Positions 9,051-15,746 are shown, numbered from the stretch's first letter. The stretch: DNA of 15,964 nt from Candidatus Bathyarchaeum sp. (GCA_026014495.1 JAOZIF010000091.1:1-15964), one strand, 5' to 3'. The notes: a model not told the origin generated them from the letters alone. Translations and numbers: made by a program.

Positions 9051-10331
9051 TTGAAGTTGATCTACATTATCATTGACGGAATGGGCGACTTACCCGTGAA
9101 AGAATTAGGCGACAGGACTCCTCTTGAAGCCGCACAAACTCCACACATGGACGCACTTGCCAAAAACGGAAAAACAGGACTCATGTACACAGTCGGCAAG
9201 GGCATGGCACCCGAAAGCGACGTGGCAGTTGTCTCTGTTCTGGGCTACGACCCCTTCAAGTACCACGTAAGCAGGGGTGCCCTCGAAACAGTCGGCGCAG
9301 GAATGAACATGAAAAGCGGCGACTTAGCTATCCGCTGCAACCTAGGCACAATAGCATCCGACAACATCTCCATAATTGACAGACGAGCAGGAAGAAACCT
9401 GACACAACAAGAAGCAACCGAACTGGCAGACGCAGTCACCGAACAAGTCAAACTAGAGTCACATCCTGCCACTTTGGAGTTCAAAAGCACTGTAACATAC
9501 AGGGCAGCATTGGTCATCCGAAGCAAAGAAGGACAACTTTCAGGCAACATAGGCAACACTGACCCAGCATACAAACGAATCAACAGCGTAGGCGTAGCTG
9601 ACCTAAACGCAAAAATGATACTCAAAACATGCAAACCCCTTGACGACACCAAAGAAGCAAAAATCTCTGCAGAACTAGTCAACGAATTCACCCAAAAAGC
9701 TACAATTGTCTTGAACCAGCACGAAGTAAACAAAAAACGCGTACAACAAGGAAAACTAAAAGCCAACGTTGTCCTCAGCAGAGACGCAGGAAACATGATA
9801 CCAAAGTTTCCATTACTCAGAGAACTTTACGGACTCAACTTTGTTTGCCTTGCAGACATGAATGTTGAACGAGGAATATCAAAACTCGCAGGAATGAGTC
9901 TAGTTGATTTACCTTTACCATCCAAAAACCTTGAAAGCGACTGCAAACTTAGAATAAAAAAACTGTTCAAAGCCCTACCAAACTATGACGGTTTTTACAT
10001 CCACATCAAAGGACCAGATGAACCCGGACACGACGGCAACTTCAAACTCAAATCTGAACTCATCGAAATTATCGACAAACATTTTGTCGGAGAAATGATG
10101 CAACAAATAGACCTAAAAGACCACCTAGTCTGCATAACAGCTGACCATTCTACACCTTGCGCACTAAAAGCTCACAGCGACGACCCTGTGCCCGTTCTTA
10201 TTGCAGGAAACAATCTGCAAGGTGATAGTGTTCAAAGTTTCTCTGAAAAAGCATGTAAAAATGGAGAATTAGGTGTTCTAAGTAAAGGAACTGAACTTGT
10301 ACCTAAGCTAGTTAAGTTCATGAAAAAATAG
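9051..10331 (+). CDS. apgM: Archaeal cofactor-independent phosphoglycerate mutase (alkaline phosphatase superfamily)
   Basis: DGMGD, TPLEAAxTP, PESD (catalytic Ser), HIKGPDEPGHDG, TADHSTPC and HSxDPVP metal-binding motifs. Confidence 0.92.
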   Translation: MKLIYIIIDGMGDLPVKELGDRTPLEAAQTPHMDALAKNGKTGLMYTVGKGMAPESDVAVVSVLGYDPFKYHVSRGALETVGAGMNMKSGDLAIRCNLGTIASDNISIIDRRAGRNLTQQEATELADAVTEQVKLESHPATLEFKSTVTYRAALVIRSKEGQLSGNIGNTDPAYKRINSVGVADLNAKMILKTCKPLDDTKEAKISAELVNEFTQKATIVLNQHEVNKKRVQQGKLKANVVLSRDAGNMIPKFPLLRELYGLNFVCLADMNVERGISKLAGMSLVDLPLPSKNLESDCKLRIKKLFKALPNYDGFYIHIKGPDEPGHDGNFKLKSELIEIIDKHFVGEMMQQIDLKDHLVCITADHSTPCALKAHSDDPVPVLIAGNNLQGDSVQSFSEKACKNGELGVLSKGTELVPKLVKFMKK

Positions 10332-10344
10332 GAAGAAGGTAATG

Positions 10345-10644
10345 TTAGTACCTTCTGTAGCCTATGAATAAACCAGCAACAAAGCTAGCTACGAAAGGAA
10401 CACTGGACACCAGAGCCACAAGCCCTAAGGGAGCAAGAACACCTAGAACATTCGATGCGTTTGTAAGTATTGAATCAATGTTTACGTTAAAGGCTCCTGC
10501 ATAAACCAATGTAATTATAACAAAAGCCGCAACGCCGATTGCCAATGCCATGCCCGAAATCCGCTTAACTATTTTCCCTGCCAAGTAACCAGCCACTCCA
10601 CCCACAACTAACATGAAAAGTATTGGAGCTATAGAATCTTCCAT
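10345..10644 (-). CDS. Small membrane protein, FUN14-like
   Basis: 99 aa, three hydrophobic segments, GGVAGYLAGKIVKR pattern like FUN14 GGxxGFxxGYxxKK; strong SD GAGGTGA at 10660-10654. Confidence 0.75.
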   Translation of the reverse strand: MEDSIAPILFMLVVGGVAGYLAGKIVKRISGMALAIGVAAFVIITLVYAGAFNVNIDSILTNASNVLGVLAPLGLVALVSSVPFVASFVAGLFIGYRRY

Positions 10645-10666
10645 TTTCCTTTTTCACCTCTCAATG

Positions 10667-10768
10667 TTATAGATAAACTATGGTGCCACAATTCTTGCAA
10701 TAACAAAAATTCGCTTCAAAACCAGACTGCCTCAAAGCGATTTCATGATTGCAATTAGGACACACCAA
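10667..10768 (-). CDS. 33-aa zinc-ribbon microprotein (not in ORF track)
   Basis: MVCPNCNHEIALRQSGFEANFCYCKNCGTIVYL*: CPNC-x17-CKNCG; TTG start 9 nt after GGTGGAG (alternative GTG starts at 10783 and 10789); TATAAATA at 10812-10805; stop 22 bp before the FUN14-like ATG. Confidence 0.75.
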   Translation of the reverse strand: MVCPNCNHEIALRQSGFEANFCYCKNCGTIVYL

Positions 10769-10804
10769 TTTATCCGTCTCCACCAGCACCGTATTGATTA
10801 ATTT

Positions 10805-10812
10805 TATTTATA
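10805..10812 (-). promoter_or_regulatory. TATA box for the zinc-ribbon/FUN14-like unit
   Basis: TATAAATA on the minus strand, 22-44 bp upstream of the candidate starts at 10783/10768. Confidence 0.5.
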
Positions 10813-10817
10813 GTAAT

Positions 10818-10834
10818 TATGAATTCTGAGTACA
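10818..10834. repeat. 17-bp direct repeat, copy 1 (TATGAATTCTGAGTACA)
   Basis: Identical to 15107-15123; both copies intergenic; quasi-palindromic. Confidence 0.9.
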
Positions 10835-10879
10835 CATTTTGATATTTACAGTAAAATACTGGACAGTACACCAAAGGTA

Positions 10880-10966
10880 TTTGTAGAACAACTTTCCGTC
10901 ATCATGATAGTCTCCTGTTTCATACTTGAATCCCTGATCCATCAGTTTTTTCACACTTTGAATGGT
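10880..10966 (-). pseudogene. Possible relic of a tyrosine-recombinase C-terminal tail
   Basis: Translates TIQSVKKLMDQGFKYETGDYHDDGKLFYK, resembling from recollection (not searched) the TVxEAxKLIExGFEYxTxxxxxGKLFRK tail of TACK-archaeal integrases; in-frame stop just upstream, catalytic domain absent. Confidence 0.4.
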
Positions 10967-10993
10967 GAACACATTTTAACTTTTAGCACACTG

Positions 10994-11021
10994 ACTGCTT
11001 AACTAATCGAAATTAAGCAGT
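10994..11021. promoter_or_regulatory. Perfect 9-bp inverted repeat
   Basis: ACTGCTTAA-(10 nt)-TTAAGCAGT, followed by a T-rich tract. Confidence 0.5.
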
Positions 11022-11090
11022 TGTCTTTTTACTTTCAAGAAGAATTGGGGTTTGCTGAGGCTCCTGCACGGGCATTAAGAGGAGAAAAAA

Positions 11091-11146
11091 ATGAAAACCA
11101 ACAAACAGTTACTATTGCTTTAGTTATTTTCACTTTTTGTGCCTGA
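11091..11146 (+). pseudogene. Frameshifted signal-peptide relic
   Basis: Strong SD AGAGGAG then ATG; reads MKTNKQLLLL*, but restoring one A gives MKTNKTVTIALVIFTFCA*, similar in style to the 874-aa protein's leader. Confidence 0.4.
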
Positions 11147-11183
11147 GCCTTTTCAGTCCCCATTTTCTTCCATTGAAGTTTTA

Positions 11184-11209
11184 CTCCCAAAAAAAGAAGG
11201 GAGGGAAAA
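11184..11209 (-). terminator. Probable terminator of the 874-aa gene
   Basis: Minus strand TTTTCCCTCCCTTCTTTTTTTGGGAG 9 bp after the stop: pyrimidine tract with T7 and a CTCCC/GGGAG stem. Confidence 0.55.
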
Positions 11210-11217
11210 TTTTTGGT

Positions 11218-13842
11218 TTATTTTCGCTTTCGTAGCACAAAGATGCTGACTGCACCGACGATTGCTGTGACAACAACTGCAATTATGATTGCAGTTTCTG
11301 TTGCGATAAATGGCGCTACTGTAGATCCAGTTTGTTCAGACAAAATCCCTGTTTCGATAGCCTGCTCAGTTCCTATTGATGACGATGCTTCCATCGGTTC
11401 TGCTGCTGAAGGTGCAGTACCTGAATTAGCAGTATATACTGTACCGTAAGAGGGCTGTTCAAAGCAGTAAATCTTGTTTCCAGTGGTTCCCCAATAGAGT
11501 TTGTTGTCGTAGATACAACCCGCTGAGAGACAAATGTCATTCCAAGCAACGAAATCGTATTTCTCACCAGTTTCAGCATTAACAGACCACATAACCTTCA
11601 TGTCACTTGCAACGTAGATCTTTCCATCAGCATACGTCGGATCACCATGTACACTGTGTGCAAGCCACACAGCCCAAAGCTTTTCGCCTGTCGTAGCGTT
11701 AAGGCACCCAAGCGAGAAGAAGTCCTGCACGTAAACTTTGCCATCTAGGTATATTGGTGTGATAGTGTTGCTCATACCGCCTGAAGGACTAGTGTAAGTC
11801 CACACTATTTCTCCAGTGGACGCATCGATTCCATACGTTGCCCAACCATTAGCTGATTGGAAAACCATGCCATCAGCATACACCGGAGAGCCGTGAAACT
11901 CTCTGGGAACAGCTTGCCCAAATCCTTCAATAACATGGTGCACATATGGGATTGCAGTCTGCCAAATTAGGTTACCCGTTGCTGTGTCAAGCTTATACAT
12001 TGTGCCATCATCTCCGCCAGTATCATCATGGTATGGTGCTGAAATGCCGCCTACAGTCACATAAAGGTCTGTGCCGCTTATTGCAGGTGTGCTACTAATT
12101 AGACCACCAAGCGGTTTACTCCAAATTATGTCTCCGTTTGCAGCGTTTAGACAATATAGACTAAAGTCTCTAGATCCGACATATATTCTTCCAGAAACTA
12201 TAGTTGGAGAAGAGGTTTTCCTAACTACACCGCGATGATAAAACGGCGTGTCTGCACATATGTATGTTTTCCAGATTTCATTACCGTTGTCAGCGTCTAG
12301 ACAGTAGTGGTAGCCATCGTCTGAAGTGAAATAAACTTTGCCGTCGTCATAAGCTGCTGAACACTTGATGCTATCGCCAGTCTTAAACTCCCACTCAACA
12401 TCACCAGTAATGTGATCGAGAGCGTAGAACGTCCCAGCAATTGAGCCGATGAAAATTTTGTCTTCTGCAGCAACTGGAGAAGAAAATATAGCAGAGTCAG
12501 TATCAAAAATCCATTTGACTTCTAGTTCTTCGGGTCCACCGCGGTTGCCATCACCAGTGTTTTCTGCATTTGCTTTAAAGCATGACCAAGGTTGAGCAGG
12601 CCCCTGACAGATGCATCCACCACCACCGGGTGCTGGCATGTAATGGTTACCATAAGCAATTATGTCGCCAGTCGTAAGGCCAAATGGGGGAACATTTGTA
12701 TTCGTTTTCCATATGAGTTCACCGGTTTCTGCGTCCAAGCAAACGAACTCGTCTTCAAATGGTTCCTGAGTATCAGGGTCTGTATAAGCTCCATTACCCG
12801 TTCTAGCGTAGACTTTACCACCAGCTGCAATTGCATTGGCTGGATAACCTATACCTTCATCGGATTTCCAACTCCATACCTGTTGTCCAGTTTCGATGTC
12901 TACAGCATAAGTGTGATAATCAGTGTTTACTGCATAGACTTTGCCATTGTAGATTGCACCCATGTTAGCCCAGAAGTTCCAAAAAGTACCAGGATTGAAT
13001 GTCCATAAGACTTCACCAGCTTCGATATCAAAGCAGTATATTTTTGAAAATGTTGCCTGAATCCACTTGCCATCATAGAATGCACCTTTATAAGCTAGGA
13101 ATCCGTCGGTTGGTATTTCCCAGAGTACATCACCAGTTTTACCGTCTAGACAAAGTGCAGTACACTCAATTGTTGAAATCATTACTTTTCCATCGACGAC
13201 AGTTGGGCTGCCAATAACTGAAATGGATTTTTGAATGAATTTTTCCCAAACAACTGTTGGTGGTTGTGAAGGGTCTGGCCAGCTCCATCCTCGTACTCTA
13301 CCGCTACCGCCGTTACCGCCAGCTTCAGCGTCTGCCTCCCAGTACATTTTCAGTTCTGGGTCGTAATTAGCGACTGTAGCATAAACGTCATGGGTATACA
13401 ATAGATTGCCTGTTGCTGTTTCGTAAACAAAGATCTGCTGTCCAGGTGTATAACTTTGTGCCAAAAAAGCTGCTCCACCTGTAGTGAAAAAGAGTTCTTC
13501 GTCAATCTTAGTTGGTGTGCTACCTACAAATGTATATATCGGGTCTCCTGTAAAGGCGTCAACTGCATAGCCTCCAGATAGGAAAACCATGCCGTTAAAA
13601 GCGGTAGATGGTGTGCCGAGGTCAGACGACCACAAAACGTCTTGTGAAGAGGGTGCTGATCCGCCTGTAGTGTACCACCCTTCACTAAGATCACCATACG
13701 CTGTGGGCCATTCGTATTGTAGCAAATCTTCATATTCAACTGCACCTACAGTGTTTGAGGTTTGTAAAATAGCCATGAATGCAATAGTTAACGTTAGAAT
13801 TAAAGTTATAGTTGCAATTTTTGATTTGTTTTCTTTTTTCAT
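11218..13842 (-). CDS. Secreted tandem PQQ/BamB-like double beta-propeller with C-terminal TM anchor
   Basis: 874 aa; SD GAGGT; signal peptide; two propeller units opened by YEWPTAYG and QPWSCFKAN caps; many [LF]DAxTGxxxW repeats; Ser/Thr/Glu linker, TM helix, RKRK tail. Confidence 0.92.
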   Translation of the reverse strand: MKKENKSKIATITLILTLTIAFMAILQTSNTVGAVEYEDLLQYEWPTAYGDLSEGWYTTGGSAPSSQDVLWSSDLGTPSTAFNGMVFLSGGYAVDAFTGDPIYTFVGSTPTKIDEELFFTTGGAAFLAQSYTPGQQIFVYETATGNLLYTHDVYATVANYDPELKMYWEADAEAGGNGGSGRVRGWSWPDPSQPPTVVWEKFIQKSISVIGSPTVVDGKVMISTIECTALCLDGKTGDVLWEIPTDGFLAYKGAFYDGKWIQATFSKIYCFDIEAGEVLWTFNPGTFWNFWANMGAIYNGKVYAVNTDYHTYAVDIETGQQVWSWKSDEGIGYPANAIAAGGKVYARTGNGAYTDPDTQEPFEDEFVCLDAETGELIWKTNTNVPPFGLTTGDIIAYGNHYMPAPGGGGCICQGPAQPWSCFKANAENTGDGNRGGPEELEVKWIFDTDSAIFSSPVAAEDKIFIGSIAGTFYALDHITGDVEWEFKTGDSIKCSAAYDDGKVYFTSDDGYHYCLDADNGNEIWKTYICADTPFYHRGVVRKTSSPTIVSGRIYVGSRDFSLYCLNAANGDIIWSKPLGGLISSTPAISGTDLYVTVGGISAPYHDDTGGDDGTMYKLDTATGNLIWQTAIPYVHHVIEGFGQAVPREFHGSPVYADGMVFQSANGWATYGIDASTGEIVWTYTSPSGGMSNTITPIYLDGKVYVQDFFSLGCLNATTGEKLWAVWLAHSVHGDPTYADGKIYVASDMKVMWSVNAETGEKYDFVAWNDICLSAGCIYDNKLYWGTTGNKIYCFEQPSYGTVYTANSGTAPSAAEPMEASSSIGTEQAIETGILSEQTGSTVAPFIATETAIIIAVVVTAIVGAVSIFVLRKRK

Positions 13843-13899
13843 TTTTTTACCTCATCTATTTTTGAGAAACTGTTGTATAACATGTAAGCAGTTAACAGT

Positions 13900-13924
13900 T
13901 TGTGACTGGTGAACACAGTCACAA
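13900..13924. promoter_or_regulatory. Palindromic operator candidate in the divergent promoter
   Basis: TTGTGACTG-GTGAACA-CAGTCACAA (perfect 9-bp arms), 3 bp before TATAAAAA at 13928-13935; a second inverted repeat AAACTGTT/AACAGTTT at 13867-13901. Confidence 0.65.
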
Positions 13925-13983
13925 GGATATAAAAAAACATAATTATGACATCAAAACATAGATTCAATGTTGAGGTTGCATCA

Positions 13984-14793
13984 ATGAACAAAAATGCAAC
14001 AACAAAACAAACAATTCAAACCCTGAAATTGTTAGGTTTAACGTCTTGCCAAGCAAAAATTTATTTTACTTTGGCTACTTTAGGCGTTTCCCCCGTCAGT
14101 AAAATCTCAGCAAAGTCAAATATTGACCGAGCCGAAATTTACCGAATAATGCCGAAACTTCAAAAATTAGGTTTAGTTGAAAAAATTCTAGCAATACCAA
14201 TCGAATTCAAACCCATGTCACTAAAGAATGGTCTCGCAATTTTGCTTAAAGATAAAAACGTTGAAAATCTAAAATTACAGAAAGAAGTAAAACGAGCAAT
14301 CATGACCTGCAAAAAGGACAACAGAAAAACAACACATGAACAGCAAAAACAGTTCAGTATAACCCCCGGAAAAGACGCACACCTAAATTGGCTTAAAAAC
14401 AAATTGAAAAGTATACACAAAACAAATGACGCTATTATGACATGGAGTGACAACAAAAGAGTGGAATTCTTTTGTGAAAAAGAAATACAAACCGTCAATG
14501 AAAGACGTATAAAGACAAGAATTATTATTTATTTGCCCGAAAAAGAAAGAAATGCAGCAAGTAATAACCAGCAATTTATTGACAGTCCATGTATTCAGAG
14601 ACGTTTTATTACTAATCAACCAGATGTTTTGGGGGGCGTATTTGATAATGAAGAAGTGGTTATTGCCACAACATTTAATAATCCTCTACAATCAGGTGAA
14701 AATTATTTTTGGTCAAGCCACCCTACAGTTATAACTTTGTTTCAAAACTATTTTGAGAAATTATGGAAAGAGGCACAAATAAAATATATTTAA
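13984..14793 (+). CDS. TrmB-family transcriptional regulator (269 aa)
   Basis: LKLLGLTxxQAKIYFTL...IDRAEIYRIMPKLQKLGLVEK winged HTH and a C-terminal PLD-like effector domain (FDNEEVVI...LFQNYFEKLW); ATG 13984 follows SD GAGGT, preferred over the track's 13945. Confidence 0.92.
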   Translation: MNKNATTKQTIQTLKLLGLTSCQAKIYFTLATLGVSPVSKISAKSNIDRAEIYRIMPKLQKLGLVEKILAIPIEFKPMSLKNGLAILLKDKNVENLKLQKEVKRAIMTCKKDNRKTTHEQQKQFSITPGKDAHLNWLKNKLKSIHKTNDAIMTWSDNKRVEFFCEKEIQTVNERRIKTRIIIYLPEKERNAASNNQQFIDSPCIQRRFITNQPDVLGGVFDNEEVVIATTFNNPLQSGENYFWSSHPTVITLFQNYFEKLWKEAQIKYI

Positions 14794-15106
14794 CAACACG
14801 AAATTATAACATAAAAAACACAACGTAATCTAAAGTGTTTTTCACAGGGTGTGCCGTTTTGCAGGCTAATTAAATGTCCTGTTTGTATTTCCTCTAAAAA
14901 CTGCATTTTTGATTTTTGTAACTAACAACCAAAACTACAACACATATCTTTTGCCGAGTATGATTCATGAATTTAGTTCTGGTGATTATAACATCAAAAC
15001 AGGTCAACATTGTTTTTCATCAATCTTTTTCCAGTCCTTTGGTTAATTTGAAAAAAGGGGAGTTTTGCAAGAAAACAAGTGGTGACATCTCCAGTTTTGC
15101 GGTGAA

Positions 15107-15123
15107 TATGAATTCTGAGTACA
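15107..15123. repeat. 17-bp direct repeat, copy 2 (TATGAATTCTGAGTACA)
   Basis: Identical to 10818-10834; here embedded in a 21-bp imperfect palindrome ATATG...CATAT (15106-15126). Confidence 0.9.
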
Positions 15124-15183
15124 TATCCCCATTTCATAACTGCTTTTTATTAAAACCAATGAAGGGTGACTTGGAGTTCAAAA

Positions 15184-15321
15184 ATGAACACAAAACTTCA
15201 GGAAATCAGAAAAAAAATGGAAAAACTTGAAAAAGAAGCAGACGACCTAAAACGCCTCAAATCCGACTACCACTACGCAAAACAATTCCGCAGAATGATA
15301 GTCAAACAACAAGTAGACTAA
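15184..15321 (+). CDS. 45-aa coiled-coil microprotein (not in ORF track)
   Basis: MNTKLQEIRKKMEKLEKEADDLKRLKSDYHYAKQFRRMIVKQQVD*; SD GGAG at 15173-15176; TTTTTATTAAA TATA-like at 15144-15154; A/C-ending codons like apgM; heptad pattern. Confidence 0.65.
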   Translation: MNTKLQEIRKKMEKLEKEADDLKRLKSDYHYAKQFRRMIVKQQVD

Positions 15322-15489
15322 ATCGAACTCCCAAACAAAAAACTTGACACCTTTCTTTTCAGAACACACAACCCCACACACTTCAAAAACAGAAACCAAC
15401 AGCTACACCACAAAAAACAACCATCCATCAAACCCCAAAAACTGGTTTCATAAGCTACACTTTTATTCTCAAGACCACCCAATACTGCA

Positions 15490-15596
15490 TGGTGGGCGAT
15501 GACGATTTTTGACCCACTGAAAAGTGATTGAGATCTTGAGAAAAGTAAACAGCTAACACCGTTGCTATTTACTTTCAAGAATACGTGAGCCCACCA
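15490..15596. other. Nested stem-loop element (candidate structured RNA or MITE-like relic)
   Basis: Outer TGGTGGGC/GCCCACCA (8 bp, 15490-97 with 15589-96) enclosing a 19-pair hairpin at 15534-15580. Confidence 0.4.
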
Positions 15597-15746
15597 CCAT
15601 TTACCGCTTAGCAGTTTGTGCTTTTGGTGACTGATATCGGATGACTTGTAGTACATATATGCAGTATTATGTCGAAAATCGTAATATACAGTTAAATTCT
15701 AAATATGTAATTAGTATCTTCTTTAACAAAACGGGTGTGGATACGG

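Noticed and set aside
10811-10841. 17-bp repeat as a tRNA-derived att site or XerA dif site
   Set aside because: No tRNA-like sequence at either copy and no 11-6-11 inverted-arm layout.
1477-14734. The many 60-183-aa track ORFs lying inside or antisense to the major genes (e.g. 1987-2223, 2740-3195, 4488-4787, 8302-8619, 9245-9796, 11213-11449, 12592-13008, 13589-13912, 14160-14498)
   Set aside because: They overlap well-supported genes and show no motifs, SD or protein-like composition; treated as shadow frames.
14851-14925. 24-aa Cys-rich frame MPFCRLIKCPVCISSKNCIFDFCN
   Set aside because: Has CPVC but no second CxxC, a poorly spaced SD and is very short; may be chance, though a tblastn would be cheap.
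14967-15230. 87-aa plus-strand track ORF
   Set aside because: No SD, runs through the palindromic repeat and TATA box, and overlaps the better-supported 45-aa ORF in another frame.
15497-15531. Box C/D sRNA-like motifs CGATGA, CTGA and TGATTGA
   Set aside because: Box C is non-canonical and there is no terminal CTGA box D at a guide-length distance.
15318-15656. 112-aa minus-strand track ORF
   Set aside because: Low-complexity W/C/F/L content mirrors the A/C-rich plus strand; no SD or recognisable domain.
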